From an uncultured Chloroflexia bacterium (GTDB lineage Bacteria; Chloroflexota; Limnocylindria; Limnocylindrales; CSP1-4), in NCBI GenBank assembly GCA_963703155.1, contig OY969796.1:3509875-3573874 (forward strand): a stretch of 64,000 bases of DNA. The letters run 5' to 3'. Below the pieces are notes generated by a model. The model had not been told where the DNA came from. It ran no database searches and saw only the letters and a list, made by a program, of their open reading frames with translations. The translations under genes were made by a program, and so were the position numbers. Below are positions 1-8,113 of the stretch, piece after piece (the first letter of the stretch is position 1; every line of letters starts with the position of its first letter).

Positions 1-2852
1 GGATGATCGCCACCTCCACCACGAGGTCGTCGAGGTTCTGGGGGCGCGACTTGGGCAGCGTCTGCATCTGCGCCCGGCTCTCCACCTGGAAGACGCCCAC
101 GGTGTCGGCGGCCTGGAGCATCTCGAAGACCTCGGGGATCTCCTCGGGGATGCGGTCAAGGTCCACGCAGAGCGCGCAGTCGTGCTCGATGAGCTGGATC
201 GTCTCGTCGATGGCCGCGAGCATGCCCAGACCGAGCAAGTCGAGCTTGATCAGCTTCATCGTCTCGACATCGCGCTTGTCGTACTGCACGACCACGCGGT
301 CCTTCATGGTGGCGCGCTCGATCGGCGCGATGTCGATCAGCGGCGCCGCGGTCACGAGCATCCCGCCCGAGTGGATGCTGAGGTGGCGCGGGAAGCCGTC
401 GATGCGGGCGCACAGCTCGAGCCAGCGCTCCCAGTCCGAGAGGTGGGCGACCGAGCCGCGATGCTCCGGGCTCGCGCCGGCGGGCGGCACGGGCGGGTCG
501 AGGCGGGCGACGCTGCTGACGTGGTCGGTGCGGGCGCCGCGGGCGGCTCGTGCTTCGCCCTCGGCCTCCTCGCCCTCGCCATCGATCGGGCCATCACCGC
601 GGGGCGGGTCGAAGCGGCGGTCCTCCGCCAGCAAGATCCCGGTCTCCGGGTCGAGGCGTCGGGCGACGGCTTGGTCCAGCTCGCGCTTCGCCTCCCGGTA
701 CGGCGCCCATCGCTCGGTCCCCCGCGCGCGCGTCGTACCCGGTCCCGCGACCCGCCCGGAGCCAGGCGACGCTTGCTGGCGTGTCGCCAGGACCGCCCTT
801 GTCCCCGCCGGAGCCGCCGCTCCGAATGGCCGGCGCGGAGCCAGGCGCGCCGGCCCAGGTGCCGTTGCCTGCCAGGCCGTCGGCCTCCCGTCGCAGCGCC
901 GGTCGCGGTGTCGGCTCGGGCGATGCGGCAGCGGGCGCCGTCGCGACCTCGTCTGGCATCGACACCGACCCGCCCGGCGCCAGCAGACCGGTCCGGATCC
1001 GCCCACCGCGCGCGTGGTTCAGCTGCCCCATCGCGTCGGTGAGGCCGCGGGTCTCGGCGAGCGTGGCAACCGGACCGGGACCCAGCACGCCCGTGCGCCC
1101 GGGCTCGGAACTGGTGTCGGCGTCGGCTGACGCCCCGCCCTCGCCCGGCCGCGCGAAGAACTGCGCAAACCCGCCCTCGGTCTCGAGGTCGCGCCGGACC
1201 ATCACGCTGTCGTACGTCTCGAGCGCCTTCGCCACCCGGTCCACCAGCGGCCGCGGGAACCCCAGCGCGTACCCCACCTCGCGCACCGCCGACCGCGCCC
1301 GGTACGTGACCAGGTTGCAGACCATCCCCGTGTGCTCCGGCCCGTACTTGCGGTAGACGTACTGGATCACCTCCTCCCGGCGCTCGGAGCTGAAGTCGAT
1401 GTCGACGTCGGGGTAGGCCGTCCGCCCCTCGTTGATGAACCGCTCGAACAGCAGCTCGTGGCGGATCGGGTCAACCCGGGTGATCCCCAGCACGTACGCC
1501 ACGATCGAGTCCGCCGCCGACCCCCGGCCCTGCGCCGGGATCCGGCTGCGCTTCGCGAACTGCATCAGGTCCCAGCAGATCAGGAAGAACTCGGCGAGGC
1601 CCGTCTTCTCGATGACGTCGAGCTCGTGGGCCAGCTGGCGCATGACCTGGGGCGTGAACGGGTGGTAGCGGCGGCGCGCGCCCTCCCAGCACAGCCCAGA
1701 GAGGTGGCTGAACGGCGTCTCGCCCCTCGGCACCTCGAAGCCCGGGAAGCGGTACCGCTCGAAGGTCAGCGCCACGCGGCAGGCGCCGGCGATCTCGACC
1801 GAGTTCGCGATGCCCTCGCGCCAGCCCCGCGCCAGGACGGGGTCAGCGGCGGTGGTGGCCGGCTCGCCCGGCGGCAGGGCCAGCAGGTCGTCCGCGTCCT
1901 TGAGGTACGACTCGCCGTCTGGGCGGCGGAGCTCGCGCAGGTCGGCCAGCGTCCGGCCGTGGCGGACGGCGGTGAGGACGTCGTGGAGCTCGCGGCCGTC
2001 GGGTCGGGCGTAGTGGACGTCGTTGGTGACGAGGGTGGGCAGCCCCAGCTCGTCGGCCAGGCGCGCGGTCTCGGACGCGAGCCAGTCGTCATCGGGGAGC
2101 AGGTGGTGCGAGAGCTCGAGGACGAAGCCGGCCGCGGCCGCCGACGACGAGGGGCCCGAGGCCGATGAAGCCGAGCCCGATGAGCCGAACAGCAGTGCGT
2201 AGCGCTCGGCCGCCGCACGCGCCCCCTCGCGGTCGCCGGCCCGCAGGCGCCGCGCGATCTCCCCGTGCCGGCACCCGGACAGCGCCACCAGCCCCTCGGC
2301 GTTCGCCGCCAGCAGCTCGTGCGTGAACTTGGGGACCGCCTTGGTCCCGGCCAGGTTCGCCCGCGACACCATCCGGCACAGGCTCCGCCAGCCGGCCTCG
2401 TTCCGGGCCAGCAGCACCAGGTGAGGGCCGCGCTCCGCCTCGCCGATCCCCCGGTGGTCCTCTTTGCGCACCTCGCGGTGCCCGGGCAGCCGGGCACGCT
2501 CCGGCCGCGGCCGGACCGGACGTCCCTCGACCGGGAGCGGAAGCTCCGGCTGCGGCATCGGCCGGCGTTTTCCTGGGCGCCATGCCTGCCGCCCAGGCAC
2601 GGCGATCCCGCCCGGGTCCGGCACGCACGCGTCCAGCAGCTCGATCTCGATGCCGACGACCGGGTGGATCCCCGCGGCCTCCGCGGCGCTCGTGAAGCGG
2701 ACCGCGCCGTACAGCCCGTTGTGGTCGGTGACCGCCAGCCCGGCCAGACCCAGCTCGGCAGCCCGCTCGGCGATGTCGTCGGGAGCCGACGCCCCGTCCA
2801 GGAACGAGAAGTGGGTGTGGCAGTGCAGCTCGGCGAAGGGGATGGTGGCCAC
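1..2852 (-). CDS. dnaE2: Error-prone DNA polymerase III alpha subunit DnaE2/ImuC, 5' two-thirds; the gene continues past the window start. The reading frame changes between about nt 600 and 1260 (frameshift or low-complexity insertion)
   Basis: ORF 594..2852 starts MATIPFAELHCHTHFSFLDGAS...LAVTDHNGLYGAVRF (PHP domain, DnaE2-type N-terminus). The minus-strand frame ending at nt 2 encodes ...DGFPRHLSIHSGGMLV...GVFQVESRAQMQTLPKSRPQNLDDLVVEVAII (polymerase catalytic region), but in a different frame from 594..2852. A LexA box lies 30 nt upstream of the ATG at 2852. Confidence 0.85.
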
Positions 2853-2882
2853 GCGTCGGTCTCCGGGGGCGGAGGCGAATGC

Positions 2883-2898
2883 TAGAACAGATGTTCTG
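2883..2898. promoter_or_regulatory. LexA (SOS, Cheo-type) box TAGAACAGATGTTCTG in the divergent dnaE2 / gyrI-like intergenic region
   Basis: GAAC-N4-GTTC palindrome. An identical half-site architecture recurs at 9226-9241 upstream of imuA'-imuB. Confidence 0.65.
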
Positions 2899-2999
2899 TT
2901 TCAGCAAATGCCAAAGGCCTCTGGCAGGCGCCACGCGAGCCCTCGAGGATCACGCGAGCGGCGGTCGCCACGGGGTGCGACAGCCCGAGGAGGCGTGCG

Positions 3000-3482
3000 A
3001 TGGAGCACGAGATCCATGTCACGGACCGGCCCGCGCTGCGAGTCGTCTCGAAGCGCGTGTCAGTCGCAATCGAGCTCATCGGGCCGACGCTGGGCCAGGC
3101 GTTCGGCGAGGTGTATGCGCTCATCGGCGCCGCCGAGGCAGAGGCGGCCGGTCCGCCGTTCGTCATCTACCACGCAATGCCGGCGCCGGGTCAGCCGATG
3201 AACATCGAGATCTGCGCGCCGGTCAGCGGCTCGCTTGAGCCGCACGACCCGTGGCGCCTCGTGGACCTGCCGGCGGGCACGTTCGCGACCCTGAAGCACG
3301 TCGGTCCGTACGACACCGTCGAGGCGACCTACAGCGCTCTGACCGCCTGGATCCCGGACCACGGGCTCGCCATCGCGGGGCCGCCGCGCGAGGTGTACCT
3401 GAGCGAGCCGTCCACGCCGCCCGAGCTCATCGAGACCATCGTCGAGTTCCCGGTGATGAGGCTGCCGGTCGCGGTGGGCTGA
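3000..3482 (+). CDS. GyrI-like (SbmC / AraC effector-binding fold) small-molecule-binding protein
   Basis: 160 aa, ...PPFVIYHAMPAPGQPMNIEICAPVSG... is typical of the GyrI-like domain. Divergent from dnaE2 across the LexA box. Confidence 0.7.
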   Translation: MEHEIHVTDRPALRVVSKRVSVAIELIGPTLGQAFGEVYALIGAAEAEAAGPPFVIYHAMPAPGQPMNIEICAPVSGSLEPHDPWRLVDLPAGTFATLKHVGPYDTVEATYSALTAWIPDHGLAIAGPPREVYLSEPSTPPELIETIVEFPVMRLPVAVG

Positions 3483-3506
3483 AGGCGCGGTGGGCTGAAG
3501 GCGCGG

Positions 3507-4223
3507 TCAGGTCTGGCGGACCTTGATCCCGAGCTGGGCCGCCAGGAGGGGTGCGAGGCCGATCAGCTGCTCAGGCGTCACCGTGGCGCCGCGCAGGCCC
3601 TCAACGCCGCGGACCGAGCCGATCGAGGCACCGGTGAGGTCCGTGCGGAGAAGCCGCGCCCCGGTCACGTCGAGCAGCTCGATCTCGCAGCCCTCGAAGG
3701 AGAGGTCGCGGGCCTCGACGGTGCCCAGGTCCAGCTCGCCCATCACGCATCCGTCGAACGCGACGCCGGTGAGCTTGGCGCCGGAGAGGTCCACGAGGTC
3801 GAGACGTCCGCCGCGGACACGCACCGACGTCCACGAGCCGCCGGTCGAGAGCAGCGCTCCCACGCGCCGGACGGTGACCAGCGTGTCGCGCCAGACCGAG
3901 TCGGCGGCGTCGAGGCTGGCGGCGCCCAGCTCGTCGAGTCGGCACTCGGAGATCCGCGCCCGCCGCATCGACACTCCGTCCAGCGCGCACCGCTCGATGT
4001 GGCAGCCGAGGAACGCGGCGTCGTCGGCGGCCTGACCCGCGAAGTCGAGGCCGGCGAAGTGCACTGCGTCGTAGTCGCCGTTCGCCTCCAGGCCCAGCCC
4101 CGTGAAGGTGGTGATCGTGTCGGGCAGGGCCACGTCGCGCGGCGGCTCCTGCCTGGCCGTCGGCTTCGCCCTCGACGTGGTGGTCAGCGATCCGCCGCGC
4201 TTCGCGCCCTCCGCCGGACCCAC
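3507..4223 (-). CDS. Pentapeptide-repeat protein (MfpA/Qnr-like DNA-mimic family)
   Basis: A(D/N)LxG-type pentapeptide repeats run through the ORF (…LDFAGQAADDAAFLGCHIERCALDGVSMRRARISECRLDELG…). GTG start 1 nt after the stop of the upstream HAD gene. Confidence 0.8.
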   Translation of the reverse strand: MGPAEGAKRGGSLTTTSRAKPTARQEPPRDVALPDTITTFTGLGLEANGDYDAVHFAGLDFAGQAADDAAFLGCHIERCALDGVSMRRARISECRLDELGAASLDAADSVWRDTLVTVRRVGALLSTGGSWTSVRVRGGRLDLVDLSGAKLTGVAFDGCVMGELDLGTVEARDLSFEGCEIELLDVTGARLLRTDLTGASIGSVRGVEGLRGATVTPEQLIGLAPLLAAQLGIKVRQT

Positions 4224-4224
4224 C

Positions 4225-4887
4225 TCAGGCCGCCTCGACCACGACGTCCTCGAGCGAATCGATGAGCAGATCCGCCCCCGCGCTGATCAGTGCGGGCCCC
4301 ACGCCTGGCCGGTCGGGCACGCCCACGACGAACAGGCCGGCCGCCCGCGCCGCCCGGACGCCCACGGGCGAGTCCTCGAACGCGATGGCGTGCTCGGGGT
4401 CAGTCGAGAGCAGCCGGCAGCCCTCGAGGAACACGGCCGGGTCGGGCTTCCCGGCCCCGAGGTCTGATCCGGACGCCACGATCTCGAACGCGTCGAGGAG
4501 CCCCACGCCGCGGAGCGCGAGCTCAACCAGCGGCGTTGTGGTGGATGTGGCGACGCCCAGCCGCACGCGCCCCACCAGCGACCGGACCAGCTCCGCCGCC
4601 CCGCGGTGGAGCGGCGCGCCGGCGAGGTACTTGGCGCGCATCAGGTCGAGCAGCTCCGCCTCGATCATTGCGGGGTCCATCCCGCCGAGCCGCTTCGAGT
4701 AGGCGCGGGCGGAGTCGGGGAGGGCACGGCCGTGGCTGGCCTCGCGGTCGGCTTCGGTCAGGTGGTCGCCATGGCGGGCGAGCAGCTCGGCTTCAGCCTC
4801 GATCCAGAGGGGCTCGGAATCGAGCAGGAGGCCGTCCATGTCGAACAGGACGGCGCGAAAGCGGCGGGGCAGGACGAGCGCGGTCAC
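4225..4887 (-). CDS. HAD-superfamily hydrolase, subfamily IA (beta-phosphoglucomutase-like)
   Basis: Motifs LFDMDGLLLDSE ... GKPDP ... FEDSPVG. Proposed GTG start at 4887 with a TACAAT -10-like hexamer 7 nt upstream (leaderless). The ORF remains open to 4995. Confidence 0.7.
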   Translation of the reverse strand: MTALVLPRRFRAVLFDMDGLLLDSEPLWIEAEAELLARHGDHLTEADREASHGRALPDSARAYSKRLGGMDPAMIEAELLDLMRAKYLAGAPLHRGAAELVRSLVGRVRLGVATSTTTPLVELALRGVGLLDAFEIVASGSDLGAGKPDPAVFLEGCRLLSTDPEHAIAFEDSPVGVRAARAAGLFVVGVPDRPGVGPALISAGADLLIDSLEDVVVEAA

Positions 4888-5000
4888 GTCCGGGGATTGT
4901 AGCGGTGGTCTCTTGGGCCTCCGACAGGCCCGAGCCAACGTGCTTGGGCCAACAGAGGCGCGAGCGCCACCAACCGCGCGCCTTGCGCGTCTCACGCGGC

Positions 5001-5132
5001 GTGGTCACCCAGTTCCAGCAAATCCTCGCCCGCCGACCTGTCCTGGACCTCGTGTTTCGGGTGGTGGCGATTGCGCTGCTCGCGCTGCTGATCCTCGTGG
5101 TTCTCCCCGCTCTGGCGACCTTGGCCGGCTGA
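5001..5132 (+). CDS. Possible third copy of a small hydrophobic single-TM peptide (43 aa, GTG start, no SD)
   Basis: ...ILARRPVLDLVFRVVAIALLALLILVVLPALATLAG*. Same R-R-x-x-D + ~20 hydrophobic architecture as the peptides at 5899 and 6221. The coding strand is uncertain. Confidence 0.3.
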   Translation: MVTQFQQILARRPVLDLVFRVVAIALLALLILVVLPALATLAG

Positions 5133-5301
5133 GCCGGCGACCATCTCCACGATGACTTCCTCGCGGCGGCGGCCGCAGGCGATGGCGGCCGCCGACCTGG
5201 CCCGACCGGCCGTGGGCCGGCGGACCGTGACTCGGACCCCCGTTGACCCGTCAGCGGGGGTCCCTCCTTGCACGGCGCGGTGCGAGGGCTACGATGCGGT
5301 C

Positions 5302-5877
5302 ATGCGATCCGTCTTGCGCCCCGTCGTGCGCCCCGTCGTGCGCCCCGCAATGGCGCTCGCCCTCGCCCTTGCCCTCGGGGCGTGCTCCGGGTCGCCGGCC
5401 GCTTCGCCGGCTGCCGGGGCAGCCCAAACGCCCGCCGCCTCGACCGGCGCTCGCACGACGGAGTCCGGTGCGGACTCGCCCGCGCCGGACGCGAGCGCTA
5501 CGGCCCCGCCTGCGCCCGTCACGACACCGGTCAGCACCACGCAGACGCCGTGGGGCCGGATCGTCGACGCCGTGCCGGCCGCCTTCCCGGTCTTCCCGGG
5601 CGCCACGGTGGCCGACGCGCCGCCGGACGGCGCGGTCAGCGGGGCGTGGGTGTCGAAGGCGTCCGTGTCCGAGGTCGCGACCTGGTATCACGACGCGCTC
5701 CTGGCGGCGAAGTTCGCCAAGGTGGATGTCGGCAGTGCGCTCGAGGACGGATCGCGAGTGATTGACGTCCAGGGCGACCTTCCCGAGTGCAAGGCGCAGG
5801 TGACGGTCAAGCCGCAGAAGGATTTCACGATGATCAGCGTTCTGGTCGGCGCCGGGTGCGCTGGCGCGAGCGGTTGA
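5302..5877 (+). CDS. Lipoprotein (signal peptide + lipobox LALGAC), Ala/Pro/Thr-rich linker
   Basis: MRSVLRPVVRPVVRPAMALALALALGACSG.... The N-terminal 12-bp tandem repeat (5316-5346) encodes VRPVVRPVVRP. Confidence 0.7.
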   Translation: MRSVLRPVVRPVVRPAMALALALALGACSGSPAASPAAGAAQTPAASTGARTTESGADSPAPDASATAPPAPVTTPVSTTQTPWGRIVDAVPAAFPVFPGATVADAPPDGAVSGAWVSKASVSEVATWYHDALLAAKFAKVDVGSALEDGSRVIDVQGDLPECKAQVTVKPQKDFTMISVLVGAGCAGASG

Positions 5878-5898
5878 CGAGCCAGGAGGACGAAGTCG

Positions 5899-5997
5899 AT
5901 GGAAGTCCGCTCGCGCGACGTCGTCGCGGCCGGGGCGCTCACGGTGGTGCTGGTCGTGCTCGTGGTGATCCTGGTCGTGAGCTCGATCGGGCGCTGA
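5899..5997 (+). CDS. Small hydrophobic single-TM peptide, 32 aa: MEVRSRDVVAAGALTVVLVVLVVILVVSSIGR
   Basis: Strong SD AGGAGGA 8 nt upstream of the ATG, which sits immediately after the lipoprotein stop. Very high GC3. Its stop lies inside the GC hairpin at 5993-6013. Confidence 0.5.
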   Translation: MEVRSRDVVAAGALTVVLVVLVVILVVSSIGR

Positions 5998-6013
5998 CGC
6001 TCGACGCGTCAGC
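5993..6013 (+). terminator. GC-rich hairpin (8-bp stem GCTGACGC / GCGTCAGC, 5-nt loop) overlapping the stop of the 5899 peptide ORF; no U-tract
   Basis: Perfect inverted repeat read directly from the sequence. Confidence 0.4.
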
Positions 6014-6220
6014 CCCGCGAGCGATCTGGCGGGCTGTGGGGCGGCTGGAAGGCCGGGCCGGCGAGCGCCGGAAGACGTTCCGGCGATCAGGTCGCTCGGG
6101 GCGGCGAGCGACGGCCGCGGTGATTTGTCATGGCGCCGTTGCGATCTGACGCAACACGATCGCCCCAATCGGCGTCTGAGGTGCCGGCGACCGGCTGGAG
6201 CCGGTCCGGGGAGCGATGGG

Positions 6221-6337
6221 GTGGTGCCGGTGCAGACACGTCGACAGCGAGACCTGGGTGCGCTCGCACTCGTCCTCGCCGTCCTGCTCGTGCTGCTCGT
6301 CACCTCGATTGCGCTCGGGTCGCCCGCGATTCGCTGA
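6221..6337 (+). CDS. Small hydrophobic single-TM peptide, paralog of the 5899 ORF (~38 aa, GTG start): VPVQTRRQRDLGALALVLAVLLVLLVTSIALGSPAIR
   Basis: GGGGAG SD 8 nt upstream of the GTG at 6221. Shares the RxRD + poly-L/V/A + SI(G/A) architecture with the 5899 peptide. Confidence 0.45.
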   Translation: MVPVQTRRQRDLGALALVLAVLLVLLVTSIALGSPAIR

Positions 6338-6497
6338 CGGCCCCAACTGGCGTCCCGGATCGCACGCGCGACCCGGTCGACGACCGGCGTACCCCCTTTC
6401 GACCCTCGGCCCTCCGGACCGGTCGCCGCCATTCCTCCCGCGGACGCGCCGCGATGCCGACGCCGATGCGCCGTGGGGCAAAGGCCCAGCGAGAGGC

Positions 6498-6746
6498 TCA
6501 GTCGTACAGGCGCTCCAGGTGCCACGTCCCGGCGAGGCGGTCCAGGTACACCAGCGCGAGCCAGCTGCGGCCGACCACCTTGAAGTAGTCGCGGGCGATG
6601 GGCTCGCGCCACCACGCCTCCTCCACGCGCCAGCGGTTGCAGACCTCCACCGGCTCACGGCGCCCGTTCCAGGTGATCGCGACGAGATGGCCGGCGTCAT
6701 CGAGCTCGGCGTCCACGGCCGGGTGCTCGCGCAGGAGGCGGGTCAT
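6498..6746 (-). CDS. Small Trp-rich hypothetical protein (82 aa) translationally coupled to imuB
   Basis: MTRLLREHPAVDAELDDAGHLVAITWNGRREPVEVCNRWRVEEAWWREPIARDYFKVVGRSWLALVYLDRLAGTWHLERLYD. Its ATG overlaps the imuB stop in an ATGA arrangement. Confidence 0.55.
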   Translation of the reverse strand: MTRLLREHPAVDAELDDAGHLVAITWNGRREPVEVCNRWRVEEAWWREPIARDYFKVVGRSWLALVYLDRLAGTWHLERLYD

Positions 6747-8113
6747 CGGGCGAACCGTGCCTTGCGGGTATCGGCCGGCGCCATCGGAACGGCAGGGCGC
6801 GCGTCGGCCGGCGCCACTAGGCCAGCCCGAGCCTCGCCGGTCACCTCGACCCCCGCCACCGGCCGCCACGCCCAGCGCTCCTCGGCAAGCAGCGCCTCGG
6901 GATCGCCCACCTCCACGCGTCGCACCCGATCAGCCCCGAACGCGATCGCGAGCCTGGCCAGCTGCCACTCCAGCCGCGCTCCCCGAGCGGCCTGCGGCGT
7001 GAACAGCGGCAGTTGCTGGCCGCGGGCCGCATCGACCAGCCCGAGCTCGAGCTCGAGGCGCGCCACGGCAGCCGGCGGCGGTGACCCCTCGAGACGGGCG
7101 AACAGCAGCCGCTCGATCGCCTCGGCATCCGCGGTGGGCTCGGGAAAGCGCTGCTCGAAGCGGAGCTCGGACGGCGTCCCGCGCCGCGCGAACGCCAGAT
7201 CGTGGCTGATCGCAAGGCGCGCCAGCCCCGCCGCCTGGCCCCGCGCCGCCAGCTGGTCCGCGAGCGTGGCCGACAAGCGCCGGAGGACGAACCGCAGCGC
7301 GTCGAGCCCCTCGGCGGGCGGGTCCAGCGGCAGCGCCAGGGCCATCCGCTCGGCCGCATGGCGCGGGCGGAACCGCTCCGTCTCCTCGCCGCGCGCTCGG
7401 GCGTGGAGCCGCGCCCCCTCGTCGCCGAATCGTGCGACCAGCGCCGATCGCGGCAGCTCGGCCACCGAACCGATGGTCCGCAGCCCGAACCGCGCTAGGC
7501 GCGCCCGGATGTCCGGGTCCTTGGTCAGCAGCTTCGCCGGATAGGGGGCGAGGAACTGCTCGTCGTCGCCCGGCGGGACCAGCATCGGCGGGCCGCCCGG
7601 CTCCGCATACGCGGCGGCGACCCCGGCCGCGAACCCCGTCCCGGCGATCCCCGCATAGGACGGGCCGGGCAGCACCGGCGCCAGCGCCTCGACCATGCGC
7701 GCCACCAGCCGCTCCTCGACGCCCCACAGGCGCACCAGCCCATCGGCGTGGACGATCAGCCGGCCGAACGCCGGGTCCGACACGTCACTCGGCCCGGCGA
7801 TCCCGGGGCTGAACGTGGCGAGCCGCTCACAGGCGGCCTCGACCGCAGCCCGATCCTCGTCAGGCGCCGGGTCCAGGAAGACCGCCTCGGGCGCCATGCG
7901 GTGCGCCGACCCCAACGGGATCCCCCGCCGGACGCCGAGCGCCCGGGCGAGCGGATCTGCGTCGAGGACTGTCCCGTCCGTCCAGGGCTGCCCGCCAAGG
8001 ACGATCGGGCCGGTTGGCCACGAGCCGGAGATGGCGCCGCCCGCCTCGTGGCGAGCCCGGGCGAGGCGGAGTGGCAGGTGCGGCCAGAACAGGTAGAGCA
8101 GACGCATGGGCAT
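6743..8113 (-). CDS. imuB: ImuB, catalytically inactive Y-family polymerase-like mutasome subunit
   Basis: Starts MPMRLLYLFWPHLPLRLA.... The layout is Y-family/UmuC-like but lacks the catalytic acidic triad. Immediately downstream of imuA'. Confidence 0.8.
   Translation of the reverse strand: MPMRLLYLFWPHLPLRLARARHEAGGAISGSWPTGPIVLGGQPWTDGTVLDADPLARALGVRRGIPLGSAHRMAPEAVFLDPAPDEDRAAVEAACERLATFSPGIAGPSDVSDPAFGRLIVHADGLVRLWGVEERLVARMVEALAPVLPGPSYAGIAGTGFAAGVAAAYAEPGGPPMLVPPGDDEQFLAPYPAKLLTKDPDIRARLARFGLRTIGSVAELPRSALVARFGDEGARLHARARGEETERFRPRHAAERMALALPLDPPAEGLDALRFVLRRLSATLADQLAARGQAAGLARLAISHDLAFARRGTPSELRFEQRFPEPTADAEAIERLLFARLEGSPPPAAVARLELELGLVDAARGQQLPLFTPQAARGARLEWQLARLAIAFGADRVRRVEVGDPEALLAEERWAWRPVAGVEVTGEARAGLVAPADARPAVPMAPADTRKARFAR

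Noticed and set aside
594-1262. Intein inserted in dnaE2
   Set aside because: No intein blocks (N-terminal Cys/Ser, TxxH, a C-terminal HN followed by Cys/Ser/Thr) appear in any frame. The two extein halves are in different frames, which an intein would not cause.
5251-6615. 454-aa minus-strand ORF across the small-peptide region
   Set aside because: Arg/Gly/Pro-rich low-complexity translation. The plus-strand short ORFs have SD sequences and much higher GC3.
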